From Deltaproteobacteria bacterium (GTDB lineage Bacteria; Bdellovibrionota_C; UBA2361; OMII01): DNA of 51,314 bases. A model generated the notes under the pieces. It was not told where the DNA came from. It did no database searches and worked only from the letters and a program-made list of their open reading frames with translations. The position numbers were made by a program, and so were the translations under genes. The stretch covers positions 1 through 51,314 of the forward strand of contig CANLCB010000003.1 in assembly GCA_947488865.1 (NCBI GenBank). Reading direction: 5' to 3'. Below, piece after piece: positions 37,566 to 49,056 of this stretch. Each line of letters opens with the position of its first letter. Positions within the stretch are counted from its first letter, which is position 1.

Positions 37566-38279
37566 CTAATTTCGTTCCCCGAATAGGGCGGTTCCCACAC
37601 GCACGAAATCCGCCCCTTCAACGATAGCGATCTCAAAGTCATTCGACATCCCCATACTCAGGAGAATGCGTCCTTCATGGAACAACACGGCGCGCCCCTG
37701 TTGCTCAAGAGCCTGCCGCAAACGGGACATTTTCTGAAAATGCGGACGACTTTTTTCAGGGTCTTCATCGTACGGAAGAATAGTCATCAGCCCTTCGAGC
37801 TGAAGGTGTTCACGTGACAGCTCTACTACCGCGAGAGCTTCTTCGAGTTCCGCCTCAGAGAAACCACTCTTGGCGTCATCCTGACCGATATTCACCTGAA
37901 GGAGAATTCGTTGAAGCTTGTTGATTTTAGCGGCCTCTTTGGCAATCAGTCCAAGCACCTTGAGCGAGTGAACGGACTCAATCACGTCACAAAACGAGAC
38001 GGCGTCGCGAACCTTATTGCTCTGCAAGGGGCCGATCATGTGCAATTCTGAAGAGGGTAAAATCTCAGGACGCTTTGCCTTAATCTCTTGGAGGTAGTTC
38101 TCACCGAAGACAACAGACTCCCCTCGCTCAAGCGCCACTCGCTCATACTCTTTCAATTCTGAAAGGGGCTGAGTCTTGGATACGGCGACAAGAGTTACAC
38201 TTTTCGGATTTCGCCCAACACTTTGTGCCGCCAGTTGAATCTGACTTCGAACATCACGAACTGTTTGCTCGATCGACAT
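37566..38279 (-). CDS. yggS: PLP homeostasis protein YggS
   Basis: LVAVSKT, FGENYLQE, HMIGPLQSNK, LSMGMSNDF, VRVGTALFG. Confidence 0.96.
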   Translation of the reverse strand: MSIEQTVRDVRSQIQLAAQSVGRNPKSVTLVAVSKTQPLSELKEYERVALERGESVVFGENYLQEIKAKRPEILPSSELHMIGPLQSNKVRDAVSFCDVIESVHSLKVLGLIAKEAAKINKLQRILLQVNIGQDDAKSGFSEAELEEALAVVELSREHLQLEGLMTILPYDEDPEKSRPHFQKMSRLRQALEQQGRAVLFHEGRILLSMGMSNDFEIAIVEGADFVRVGTALFGERN

Positions 38280-38287
38280 AACAATTC

Positions 38288-38866
38288 TTACGAGTGCGCG
38301 CCTATCGCGACCAACTCACGCATGAGTGAGGTAATGTTGAGACCAACCACGTTCGAATACGAGCCTTCAATCGACTCTACGAATTGAAGCCCTAGCCCCT
38401 GGATAGCATAAGAACCGGCCTTATCCATCGGCTCCCCAGAGCTGACGTATCGCGAGATCGTCGCAGGGCTCATTGGAGACATGGCCACACGGGTAGAATG
38501 CGACCACACTCTTTCAATCCCCTTTTCACGGTTCAAAATAGCGATACCACCCCACACCTCGTGCGTGCGCCCTTGAATCTGTCCAAGCATGGAGTGCGCT
38601 TCCTCTACAGAGGAGGGCTTTCCGAGAGACTGTTCATCGATCCATACCGTGGTGTCGGCACCTATCACAAACGCGCCAGGATACTGGTCCGCTACCACGG
38701 CCGCTTTAACAACGGCGAGGCGCTCCACCATCTCCTTAACGGATTCACCAGGAACTGACGTCTCGTCACATCCCGAAACTATGATTTTAAAATCTACGCC
38801 CGCCTGAGACAGGAGTTCCTTCCTTCGCGGAGATGATGAGGCCAGAATAATTTGACGATGATCCAT
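38288..38866 (-). CDS. maf: Maf family nucleoside triphosphate pyrophosphatase
   Basis: ILASSSPRRKELL, IGADT, DKAGSYAIQG, SNVVGL. Confidence 0.95.
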   Translation of the reverse strand: MDHRQIILASSSPRRKELLSQAGVDFKIIVSGCDETSVPGESVKEMVERLAVVKAAVVADQYPGAFVIGADTTVWIDEQSLGKPSSVEEAHSMLGQIQGRTHEVWGGIAILNREKGIERVWSHSTRVAMSPMSPATISRYVSSGEPMDKAGSYAIQGLGLQFVESIEGSYSNVVGLNITSLMRELVAIGAHS

Positions 38867-38873
38867 TACGCCT

Positions 38874-39284
38874 TTACCCCTCTTGGAAGTTTCGCTTAAG
38901 CACCGCGCGCAACACTAAGAGAAGCGCCTCATGGAGAGAACGGGCTGAGTGGCACTCAATACTATCTCTATGTTGCGCCTCAGCAACCCACTCTCTCTGA
39001 TCCTGACGAGACAAAGACATACATTGCGCGCCAGCTTTTTCTAGCAGCGTCGTAATCTCATCTACTGACGGGATCCAAAAAAAATGAAGGGCTGAATCGT
39101 CTTGCACCTGACTCACAGTTCCAGCTGTGAGGGATAGCAATTTTGGCCCTGGGAGAACCTGAAATTCCTCATGCCCAAGGTCCGCGAACCCACGCGCGAC
39201 GATATCCCCTGGCTCAAAGCGAGGCAGCAAGCCCCACTGCTTAAGCTCGTTACATATCGCGAACTGTTCTTTGGTGAACCACAT
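38874..39284 (-). CDS. Hypothetical protein (136 aa)
   Basis: Tightly packed between guaB and maf on the same strand (14 and 7 nt gaps). Confidence 0.75.
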   Translation of the reverse strand: MWFTKEQFAICNELKQWGLLPRFEPGDIVARGFADLGHEEFQVLPGPKLLSLTAGTVSQVQDDSALHFFWIPSVDEITTLLEKAGAQCMSLSRQDQREWVAEAQHRDSIECHSARSLHEALLLVLRAVLKRNFQEG

Positions 39285-39298
39285 GCCACCCGCCCCTT

Positions 39299-40813
39299 TT
39301 ACTCTTCGTTCGGACGCATTCGATCAAGCGTCTCAACGTTCGAGGTTCCACCCTCAACAACGGTCATCGCTGACACCTTCGTCAATCGAGCCTTCTCGTG
39401 GAACTCCTTCACACCGAGCACGCCAACGTTACACATAGTGGACTTCAACTTAACCACCGAAACGTCAACTTTGTCAGAGAGTCGTCCGCTGTATGGCACG
39501 TATGCGTCAACACCTTCCTCAAAGACGAGGTGCGCGGCGTCACTCTGCTTGTATCGCTGCCAGTTACGAGCTCGATTCGATCCCTCTCCCCAGTAAGGTT
39601 TGTAGAGACGACCCTTGTAGCTAATCTTCGCGGTTGGGCTCTCTTCAGTCATCGCGAAGTACTTACCCATCATCACGAAGTCAGCGCCCATCGCGAGAGC
39701 GACAATCATCTGAGTGTCTGTGTTGAGACCACCGTCCGAACAGATTGGAATGTAGACACCCGTTTCCTTCAGGTACTCGTCTCGAGCGCGCGCGACATCC
39801 ATAACTGCGCTTGCCTGTCCTCGACCGATTCCTTTCTGCTCACGAGTGATACAGATGGACCCACCGCCGATTCCCACCTTAACGAAGTCTACCTCTCCCT
39901 TCTCGGCGAGATAACGGAAAGCGTCAGCAGAAACGATATTACCACCACCCAAGATGATGGACTCTCCGTACTTCTTTCGAAGCTCCGTGGAAGCTTTCGC
40001 CTGCCACTCGCTGTATCCATCAGAGGAATCGAGACAGAGGCAATCTACGCCAGCTTCGATAAGCGCGGCGGCACGCTCCATATAATCAAAGGTGTTGAGC
40101 GCGGCAGCGACAACGAGGCGCTTACCACCATCAGTCAACTCGTCTGGATATGAATGATGATCGAAGTAGTCTTTGCGGAATACGAGGTACTTCAGGTTCC
40201 CCTGCTTATCTACGATTGGGAGGCACTCTTTCTTGTTCTTCCAGAGAAGGTTAGTCGCCTCTTGAAGCGTCACGCCTTCCTGAGCAAGCACAAGCTTCTC
40301 AAGAGGAGTGTAGAAACCCTTCACACATTGAGAGAGGTCGTCTTTGTATTCCCAGAAGTCCTTGTCAGTCAGAATTCCAAGAAGCTTTGAATTACGCTCA
40401 CCATTTTCGGTGATAGCGATCGTTGAGTGCCCTGTCTTCTTACGAAGCTTGAGAGCGTCAGCGAGAGTAGCTGTCGGAGCTAGGTTAGAGTCCGACTCAA
40501 CAAAGCCCGCCTTATGCTCCTTCACTTGCCTCACCATCGCGGCCTGAGCCTCAATCGACTGGGAGCAGAACACGAACGCGGCACCACCCTTTCGAGCCAG
40601 CGCGATAGCGAGATCTGGGCCAGAAACGGCCTGCATCGCGGCAGATACAAAAGGAATATTTAAATGTCCCTTCACCTCTTCCTTGCCAGGACGGTACCGC
40701 TGAATAGGAACCTTGAGCGATACGTTCGCTGGAACATGCTGCGCGGTCGTCAGACCAGGCAGGAGCAAATATTCGTGAAATGTATGGGAAACGTCGTCGA
40801 TGATAATGGCCAC
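39299..40813 (-). CDS. guaB: IMP dehydrogenase with CBS pair
   Basis: [37 protein letters not shown]; GGAGG RBS before GTG 40813. Confidence 0.95.
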   Translation of the reverse strand: MAIIIDDVSHTFHEYLLLPGLTTAQHVPANVSLKVPIQRYRPGKEEVKGHLNIPFVSAAMQAVSGPDLAIALARKGGAAFVFCSQSIEAQAAMVRQVKEHKAGFVESDSNLAPTATLADALKLRKKTGHSTIAITENGERNSKLLGILTDKDFWEYKDDLSQCVKGFYTPLEKLVLAQEGVTLQEATNLLWKNKKECLPIVDKQGNLKYLVFRKDYFDHHSYPDELTDGGKRLVVAAALNTFDYMERAAALIEAGVDCLCLDSSDGYSEWQAKASTELRKKYGESIILGGGNIVSADAFRYLAEKGEVDFVKVGIGGGSICITREQKGIGRGQASAVMDVARARDEYLKETGVYIPICSDGGLNTDTQMIVALAMGADFVMMGKYFAMTEESPTAKISYKGRLYKPYWGEGSNRARNWQRYKQSDAAHLVFEEGVDAYVPYSGRLSDKVDVSVVKLKSTMCNVGVLGVKEFHEKARLTKVSAMTVVEGGTSNVETLDRMRPNEE

Positions 40814-41021
40814 ATGACCTCCGATAAGTGAGAACAAGCCCTTGGCGACTTTTGGGTTGCAAGAGGGTACCTCAGACCCCATCCGGAATCAAATCGGAGG
40901 AAGGCGTTTCCCCCCTAACCCCTTAGAGCGAGTCACAAAAACTTTCATCTTGGAAGGCTGGTTGCAAATGCCCCGGCGGCATCTGCTGTCCAAAGCCCCC
41001 CGGCCGCAATCCTCATCCCCC

Positions 41022-42110
41022 TTAAAAGGAGGCCTCAGGTTTCGAGTAGGAGGACCACTGGTACTTCTGAACCTGCAGGATGTAGCAGTCACCGGCGTCA
41101 CTGGCAGGCCGAAGGTCTCCGACCGAGACCGAGATTGGCGAGGGTTCATTGCTCTTATGCACAGAAACCACATGACTGTAGTTCATGCGTCGAAGGTACC
41201 CCGCCCTATTTTGATGCTCTAGTAAAATGTTCAAACCTTGCGCGATATCGGCATTAGGCGCGAACCTGAAAAAATCGAATGGACGAGTTGGCCGGTATGA
41301 CAACTTAGGATCCGCGATATTCCCCACCATCTCATCTTTGACTGGAAGAGTTTCAGGCATCTCCGATGACGGTTGAATTTCCACCTTAGCCCTAACATTC
41401 CCCCGAGACGATTCATAGGAAGTTTTCGCGCCTCCCTGGACCGGGAAGTTTATCTCAGAGAGATAGTACGGAGACTGCTGAAGGTGCAGCGCTCGAGTAC
41501 CCGTCCTGCCTATCTGTTGATAGTGAAGGTTTCGCGGGCACACATAGACGCCCCACCCCACTTCAAGATCTTTCGGAGGAGGGATCGCGATGTAAAAAGA
41601 CGATTCACGCTGACCCTTAACCATTGTCTTGAGAGTTACCGGACGCTTCGGAACTAATTCAGCCAAGAATCCAGCGGCCTCGGCCGCACTCTCGGTATGT
41701 GAATGAACGATCTTTAATTTCGTTTTCTCGATTGAGAGAGCTAGCTCGAAAGAATTGAGAAGGGCTTTCGATTGATCGTCCGTTGTTGTTGAGCGAGAGA
41801 GAAGCTCGTCCATATTGGGCCGAAACTTCAGAACGATCTCACCAACAGACGAGAACACCTCAGTCTTAATCCCTGAAAACAACCCCGCTGGCGCCAATCC
41901 TACATTTTCCGAGGAATGGGGCGGAACCAACGTAAGCTGGAGTCCATTTTTCAGGCTATCTCGAAAGCGATCTACCTCCTCGTGGGACATCGGAGCGAAG
42001 TTTGCCTTCGGAGAAGGATCAGCGCGAACATCTCCAGAAGAAAACAATGTAGCGGCGCTTGCCGTTATGAAAAGCGCTCGAACCAATTTTGAATTAATCG
42101 CCAACCTCAT
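41022..42110 (-). CDS. Secreted hypothetical protein (362 aa)
   Basis: Signal peptide ending VRA|D; no motif recognised. Confidence 0.7.
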   Translation of the reverse strand: MRLAINSKLVRALFITASAATLFSSGDVRADPSPKANFAPMSHEEVDRFRDSLKNGLQLTLVPPHSSENVGLAPAGLFSGIKTEVFSSVGEIVLKFRPNMDELLSRSTTTDDQSKALLNSFELALSIEKTKLKIVHSHTESAAEAAGFLAELVPKRPVTLKTMVKGQRESSFYIAIPPPKDLEVGWGVYVCPRNLHYQQIGRTGTRALHLQQSPYYLSEINFPVQGGAKTSYESSRGNVRAKVEIQPSSEMPETLPVKDEMVGNIADPKLSYRPTRPFDFFRFAPNADIAQGLNILLEHQNRAGYLRRMNYSHVVSVHKSNEPSPISVSVGDLRPASDAGDCYILQVQKYQWSSYSKPEASF

Positions 42111-42150
42111 AAATCACCCCGCGAGCCCCTTCGACAGTGTACCACCGTTC

Positions 42151-43299
42151 TTATGAATATCGCATTCTTCTAATACTAACCCCCTGAACTAACCCCAAAC
42201 CGAACATTATGGAGAGCATGGAGGATCCTCCGTAACTCACGAGGGGGAGCGGAATACCCACCACGGGAAGAAGCCCGATAACCATTCCAATATTGATAAC
42301 CACGTGAGCAAATACTTGCGCCGTAATGCCAAAAGCGACCAGCGTTGAAAACCCGTCTCTCGCCCTCGCGGCTATTCTCAACATGGTCGCGAAGAGACCG
42401 AAAAAGAGCCCGATAAGAGTCACACATCCAACGAACCCCCACTCCTCCGCGAGCACTGAAAACACGAAGTCAGTAGTATGCTCCGGCAAAAACTCAAGCT
42501 GCGTTTGAGTACCTTGTCGATACCCCTTGCCAAAAAGCTCCCCAGAACCCACCGCAATCTTTGATTGTGTGATGTGATATCCACTTCCTCGAGGGTCCGA
42601 CTCTGGATCGAGGAGAACCAAGATTCGCCGCTGCTGATAATCATGAAGCATCTCCCACGCCGGGTACGCCAAAATCAGAACCGTAGCGACCACCGAAAGT
42701 AGAGCGCGCGGCCGAACACCCACAAAAAGGATCTGACTAACACCAACGATTCCTAGCGAGAGAGCGGTTCCAAGATCAGGCTGCTTCGCGATCAACCCCA
42801 TCGGCAAAGCTATCAGCAAACCAGGAATAAGAAGCTCACTGAGCGCGTAGCTGGATCCATTCTTGGGGGGACGTCGAGAGAGAACTCGAGCCATGGTCAA
42901 AATGATCCCCAATTTCATGAACTCAGCCGGCTGAAGATTAATACCTCCGAAGCTGAGCCACCGACGAGACCCATTCACCACAACTCCGAAGCCAGCTACA
43001 GCGACAAGCAGTATGATTCCTAAGCCGTACAGAAAAAACGCGTGGCGATTGAGCGCCTGCGTCGGAATAGCCATCGCTACCCCCATCACCACTAATCCCG
43101 CCAGAAGATACGTCGCTTGTTTTAAGCAAGCCGCGCTCGGAAACTCGACAGAAAACAGCCCGAACAGATCAACAGCCCGCTCCGGGTCGTATCCAGCGCT
43201 AAAGAGCACCACTAACCCGCACAACGGAATGAGCACTCCAAAAGTTAGGAACACCCAATCAAATCCGTTTAAGATTCCTCGCCCCACTCGAACGCTCAT
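42151..43299 (-). CDS. rodA: SEDS peptidoglycan polymerase RodA
   Basis: GSRRW, QPAEFMK, QPDLGT, PEHTTDFVF, GIPLPLVSYGGSS; overlaps the mrdA stop. Confidence 0.96.
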   Translation of the reverse strand: MSVRVGRGILNGFDWVFLTFGVLIPLCGLVVLFSAGYDPERAVDLFGLFSVEFPSAACLKQATYLLAGLVVMGVAMAIPTQALNRHAFFLYGLGIILLVAVAGFGVVVNGSRRWLSFGGINLQPAEFMKLGIILTMARVLSRRPPKNGSSYALSELLIPGLLIALPMGLIAKQPDLGTALSLGIVGVSQILFVGVRPRALLSVVATVLILAYPAWEMLHDYQQRRILVLLDPESDPRGSGYHITQSKIAVGSGELFGKGYRQGTQTQLEFLPEHTTDFVFSVLAEEWGFVGCVTLIGLFFGLFATMLRIAARARDGFSTLVAFGITAQVFAHVVINIGMVIGLLPVVGIPLPLVSYGGSSMLSIMFGLGLVQGVSIRRMRYS

Positions 43300-45170
43300 C
43301 GAGCACCTCGCTTAATCTTCTTCTTCTCTTCCACAACAGGCGGAGGCGGTTCATCTGGAATACCGAAGTACGCGGCGAAGATATCTTGAACTAAGGGCGC
43401 GGCCATAGCGCCTCCATGCCCAGCATTCTCCAGAATGGCCGCAACCACTATCTGAGGATCGTCCGCCGGAGCGTATCCAGCGAACCACGCGTGGTCGTCA
43501 TCTTTCACCCCGGATTCCTTGGAGGCCACCTGAGCGGTTCCCGTCTTACCACCAACAGAGATAGCGTAAATCTTTGGCAGAGCCGCTTTGTGACCAGTAC
43601 CGCGAGGATCCTCAACAACTCCCACCATCGCTTTGTTCATAGCCACAAAGATCGACGGGTCGATATCCACGGTGCGTATTACCTCTGGGTCTTTGGGCTC
43701 CTCCTCCAACACCCGTCCATCACTCGCCACAACGCGTCGAATCACACGTGGCTTTAAAACTTTTCCTCCATTCACCATAGCGGAGACACCACGCGCCACT
43801 TGAAGCGGGGTTGTCGTGATAGCCCCCTGCCCAATCGAAACGGGGAGGGTCTCTCCGGGATACCATTTCTTATCCGCCGGATTACGGAAGTATTTCGCTT
43901 TCCACGCGGTAGAGGGAATTAATCCAGCGCTTTCGTCGCCAATATCCACCCCCGTCGGCTCTCCAAATTCGAAGAAGTCGTGAGCGTATTTGTGAATGCG
44001 ATCAACACCGAGACGCTGTCCGATCGTGTAGAAATAGACGTCACACGATTGAACGATCGCCTCAAACATATTCACAGGTCCATGCCCCGAATGTTTGTGA
44101 CAATGGAATCTGCGCGAGCCGAACTTCAAATAGCCAGGACAACGCACCTTTTCATTCGGCGTTGTCACACCTTCAGCTAAAGCCGCCGCGGCGACAAAAA
44201 TCTTAAACACAGAGCCCGGCGGATATACGCCCTGCGTAACGCGGTTGGTCAACTTGTGATCTTTCCCCTCAATGAGGTCAACCCAGGTGTCGCGGGACAT
44301 CTCTGAGGTAAATACCGATGGGGAGAACCGCGGAGCCGCAGCCAACGCGAGGATATCCCCGGTCTTAGGGTTCATCGCCACGATCGCGCCCTTCTTTCCC
44401 TCAAGACTCTTATCGGCAATCTCCTGAAGACGCCGATCGATAGTGAGAACAACGTCACTACCTGACAACGCGAGATGCTCGTACGCTTCGCCGATTTTAT
44501 TTCCAGAGGCGTTTACAATAACCGCCTGAGAGCCGCGCTCACCTTGCAAGTAACGCTCATAACGAGCCTCGACCCCACTCTGCCCGATGAGATCACCCAT
44601 TCGATACCCAGAATACAGTGGGTTCTTTAACTGCTCTCCCGTGATCTCTCGGATGTACCCGATAAGGTGCGCCGCTAATTCTCCATTCACGTAGTCCCTG
44701 GCGGGCACGACACTGATGATAATTCCGGGCAATCGATGACGCTGCGCGGATATCTTAGCGACGTCATCTCGCGAAACATCTCGCAAAATAAGTTTCGGCT
44801 CGTACTTCAATCGCTTCCCTTGTCGAGAGAGCTTCTCAAGAAGTGGCGCGGGATCTTGCCCCACTATTTCGGCGAGCGTGGTAATCGTCTCAGTCGGATT
44901 AGGACTATCCTCGATAACGAGATCCACATTAAATGACGGGCGGTTGCGAACAAGGAGCTGCCCGTTTCTGTCAAGGATCAACCCTCGAGGTGGATGAACG
45001 TACACGGTGCGAAGCCGATTGTTCTCCGACCGCTCTCGGAAAAATGCTCCTTTTATGATTTGGAGGTGCCACAAGCGTAACGTCAGAGCGAACAGCGCCA
45101 CCGCGCACAGGCCAAGAGAGATCCAGACCCGAGGAGCTACATGCACACTGTTCCGTTCGTACGACGACAT
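43296..45170 (-). CDS. mrdA: Penicillin-binding protein 2
   Basis: RGLILDRNG pedestal, SVFK, SCD, KTGT motifs; operon context. Confidence 0.96.
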   Translation of the reverse strand: MSSYERNSVHVAPRVWISLGLCAVALFALTLRLWHLQIIKGAFFRERSENNRLRTVYVHPPRGLILDRNGQLLVRNRPSFNVDLVIEDSPNPTETITTLAEIVGQDPAPLLEKLSRQGKRLKYEPKLILRDVSRDDVAKISAQRHRLPGIIISVVPARDYVNGELAAHLIGYIREITGEQLKNPLYSGYRMGDLIGQSGVEARYERYLQGERGSQAVIVNASGNKIGEAYEHLALSGSDVVLTIDRRLQEIADKSLEGKKGAIVAMNPKTGDILALAAAPRFSPSVFTSEMSRDTWVDLIEGKDHKLTNRVTQGVYPPGSVFKIFVAAAALAEGVTTPNEKVRCPGYLKFGSRRFHCHKHSGHGPVNMFEAIVQSCDVYFYTIGQRLGVDRIHKYAHDFFEFGEPTGVDIGDESAGLIPSTAWKAKYFRNPADKKWYPGETLPVSIGQGAITTTPLQVARGVSAMVNGGKVLKPRVIRRVVASDGRVLEEEPKDPEVIRTVDIDPSIFVAMNKAMVGVVEDPRGTGHKAALPKIYAISVGGKTGTAQVASKESGVKDDDHAWFAGYAPADDPQIVVAAILENAGHGGAMAAPLVQDIFAAYFGIPDEPPPPVVEEKKKIKRGAR

Positions 45171-45173
45171 GGG

Positions 45174-45689
45174 CTACACCGCGGAAAGTGCTTGGCGCCT
45201 TCCGTGCGCGACAGAGGAGTGTCGACGCCCACGTTTGGTAAGTTTTCCAAGAAGGAACGGAGCCACCAGAGCGGTGACCATCGCCTGTCCGAGAATCTGC
45301 TTTGGATACTCCCACGTCATGCTTGGATACTCAGTGCCGAACAGCGAGAAAAGGATATTAGCCCCGACCACCGCTAAGAACGTAATCACCATCGCCGCGA
45401 TACCGGACTCAATAAAGAGACGCTGAGAGAGAACCGCTAACGTTCCGAACACTAAAACAAGCGCTCCTGCCCACGGACCAACAAGCACCGCTGACGAAAA
45501 ATCCATGACGAGGCCAAGCGAGAACGCCATCACGCAGCCAAACGTAGAAACCTCTGTAAACGCCAAGGCGATAATAAGAACCACTATCAACTGCGGAACT
45601 ACCGCTACCGGCATCCCCATGTGCAACAACGATCCTTGCACAACGCTCGCGAGAACACCCAAGAGAAGATAAAAAATCGCTTTTTTCAT
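45174..45689 (-). CDS. mreD: Rod shape-determining protein MreD
   Basis: Very hydrophobic, GLVMD motif, located between mreC and mrdA. Confidence 0.88.
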   Translation of the reverse strand: MKKAIFYLLLGVLASVVQGSLLHMGMPVAVVPQLIVVLIIALAFTEVSTFGCVMAFSLGLVMDFSSAVLVGPWAGALVLVFGTLAVLSQRLFIESGIAAMVITFLAVVGANILFSLFGTEYPSMTWEYPKQILGQAMVTALVAPFLLGKLTKRGRRHSSVAHGRRQALSAV

Positions 45690-45692
45690 CGC

Positions 45693-46583
45693 CTACCTCT
45701 TCTCCCCTCGTCCACCATGTTGAAGAGGCGCCTTTATTGCTTGAGGCTCATCACCTTTTTGCTGACGTTCTCCCACAACGATGAGAACCTCCTCAAGTTT
45801 CGAAAAATCGACCGCTGGCTTGAGATCGATACGTTGCAGCAAGGTCCCGGTCTCGGGAGCCACGCGAGAGACACTTCCTATGTTCAACCCTTTCGGAAAA
45901 ACTCCGTCCATTCCCGAGGTGACCACAACATCCCCGGCCCGAACGACGGATTCTTTACCTACATACTTTAACTCACAACTAGAGGACCCGAGCCCTTCAA
46001 CAACTCCTCGCGCTCGTCCGTCTTGCACCAACGCGTCTACCCCACTCGCGTGATCGGTCATTAAAAGTACGCGAGAAAAATTAGGTCCTGATGAAACGAC
46101 CTGCCCCACAACACCTCGTGGATGCACGACCGCCATACCTTCAGCTACGCCGTGGGACGTTCCTTTATTCACAACGATGCCTTTGACCCACCCACTTGGC
46201 TCACTCGCCACTACAGAGGCCGCCACACCCTTAAGCTGCGACACCGAATTGAGTTCCAAGAGAGCGCGAAGCCGTTCGTTTTCTCGACGTTGCTCTTCAA
46301 AAGACGCCTGAGATGATTCTAATCGCGACACCTGCTCCGCAAGGGAGCGGTTCTGCTCCGCGAGCCCCACAAGATTGAAGTACCGTCCCCATGTTGACGA
46401 AACGCCATCAGCCACGGCGTCGATTCCTCCGTGAAGCGGGGAGACAATCTCCGACAACACGGTGGTTCCAATCCTAGCGAATGCTGGATTGCGAGCACTG
46501 TAAGCCGTAAGCAAAAGCGACACGCACAGAAGCGAGAATGATAACATCGCTATCTTTGCTCTTTCGGAGACACTCGCTCTCAT
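45693..46583 (-). CDS. mreC: Rod shape-determining protein MreC
   Basis: N-terminal TM, ENERLRALL coiled coil, TSGMDGVFPKG. Confidence 0.95.
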   Translation of the reverse strand: MRASVSERAKIAMLSFSLLCVSLLLTAYSARNPAFARIGTTVLSEIVSPLHGGIDAVADGVSSTWGRYFNLVGLAEQNRSLAEQVSRLESSQASFEEQRRENERLRALLELNSVSQLKGVAASVVASEPSGWVKGIVVNKGTSHGVAEGMAVVHPRGVVGQVVSSGPNFSRVLLMTDHASGVDALVQDGRARGVVEGLGSSSCELKYVGKESVVRAGDVVVTSGMDGVFPKGLNIGSVSRVAPETGTLLQRIDLKPAVDFSKLEEVLIVVGERQQKGDEPQAIKAPLQHGGRGEKR

Positions 46584-46667
46584 TGATGAAAAGATACCTT
46601 ACAGTTGAGGCCGCTACCCTAGCACGACCCACACTCAAATCTATGTGAAAAAACAGAAACCCGTCGC

Positions 46668-47708
<1,041 letters not shown>

Positions 47709-47799
47709 TCACGCTCACCGGGCGGAAGTAGAAAAGACACTCCGCTCAACCAAGATCATAATGGCAGGGGCTCGGATCTAATTTCAACGGTGAGGACAT

Positions 47800-47852
47800 A
47801 AAAAAAACCCACAGGGGTCATCGGTTGTAATTCACCGAGCGCCTTGAGGGTT
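47800..47852 (-). terminator. Imperfect hairpin with U-tract between the 47874-48194 gene and mreB
   Basis: Minus strand AACCC...UCGGU-gaauuaca-ACCGA...GGGU followed by a run of U (A-run at 47800-47807). Confidence 0.5.
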
Positions 47853-47873
47853 CGCGACGAAGAGAAGCGTTAG

Positions 47874-48194
47874 TTACGCAACTCCCAAAGCCAAAGATGA
47901 GTCCGCTGGAGTCTCCAATCGCACATCACTGAGCTTAACCGAGAGAAACGCTATCTGCTCATCCGGGCTCAAGCGACTATCGACGAAAATGAAACGTTGG
48001 GAGAGTGACCGACAGGCGCCACTAAGCACCTTCCAGCAGTGTCCTCGCTTAAGCTCCTCGCGACGGGTGACGAACCCCAACTGCTCTAGTTGCGCGACCA
48101 ACTCCTTATATCGAGCCGTCTGGGACTCGGTCCAAGATGGACGCAAACTCTTCTTCCGTTTAGCTTTTTTGATAATCGCGATACCAGCCTTCAC
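47874..48194 (-). CDS. Conserved-looking small basic hypothetical protein
   Basis: LGFVTRRE...SGACR...IFVDSRLSPDEQIAFL pattern; followed by a terminator-like hairpin. Confidence 0.65.
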   Translation of the reverse strand: MKAGIAIIKKAKRKKSLRPSWTESQTARYKELVAQLEQLGFVTRREELKRGHCWKVLSGACRSLSQRFIFVDSRLSPDEQIAFLSVKLSDVRLETPADSSLALGVA

Positions 48195-48499
48195 AGAAAC
48201 TCCCGTAATTTCAATAGGTTGACTATATTTACAGCCTCAAAACCTCTGCCAACTGACCTAAAAAGCCAGCAGGCACTTCGATTGAACTGCTTTGGCGACT
48301 GTGATACAACCTTCCTCCATTGTTTGAATTAAGTGTGGCTTTTTAGCAAGAGCCCAAGCTTCCTAAAGTCGGGAAAGATTTGAAAAATCACTTCCGACAC
48401 CACCGTTCTACCTGATAACGGCGAACCGTTATCCAAGAGTGGAGGCCGCTTGGGAATATTAAGTTTGAGTCACGAAGTGCAGTACGCGGAGAGCAGGAT

Positions 48500-48943
48500 A
48501 TGACGACTGGTGAAGAGACAAAAACAGCAGCACCACAAACTAAGATTACCCTTGATGGCGCTATCAAGAGCATCACAAGCTCATTCGTTAAGTCGGACAT
48601 CCCTGACTTCAAGCCAGGTGACGTAGTTCGAGTTCACGCGAAGATCATCGAGGGAACAAAAGAGCGTGTTCAGCTCTTCGAAGGACTCGTTCTTAAGCGC
48701 AGCAAGGGAACACTCCCAGACGCGACCTTCACTGTTCGCAAAGTTTCTTACAACATCGGCGTTGAGCGAACATTCCCTGTTCACAGCCCACGTATCGAGA
48801 AGATCGAGCTTATTACACGAGCTAAGGTTCGTCGTGCTCGCCTCTTCTACATCCGACCACTTCGAGGAAAGGCTTCTCGTATGAAGACCCTCTTCACGAA
48901 CACTGCGGCGAAGACAGAAGGAACAGGCACTCAGGCAGCATAA
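48500..48943 (+). CDS. rplS: 50S ribosomal protein L19
   Basis: [47 protein letters not shown]. Confidence 0.98.
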   Translation: MTTGEETKTAAPQTKITLDGAIKSITSSFVKSDIPDFKPGDVVRVHAKIIEGTKERVQLFEGLVLKRSKGTLPDATFTVRKVSYNIGVERTFPVHSPRIEKIELITRAKVRRARLFYIRPLRGKASRMKTLFTNTAAKTEGTGTQAA

Positions 48944-48960
48944 GCTCTCTGAGCGTCACC

Positions 48961-48995
48961 AATAAAAAAGGCGGCCATGTGCCGCCTTTTTTATT
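48961..48995. terminator. Bidirectional intrinsic terminator
   Basis: AATAAAAAAGGCGGC-catgt-GCCGCCTTTTTTATT, perfect 15-bp arms between the convergent rplS and bactofilin genes. Confidence 0.93.
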
Positions 48996-49056
48996 GCTAG
49001 TTTTCACGCTCTATCAGAACACCAACGCCCGAACACCAGCCAGGCAAAGTCGAACA

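Noticed and set aside
39398-40153. 251-aa ORF opposite guaB, and similar antisense ORFs over DUF445/ssb, the cyclase, lon and tex
   Set aside because: Fully overlap confidently identified genes on the other strand and show no motifs.
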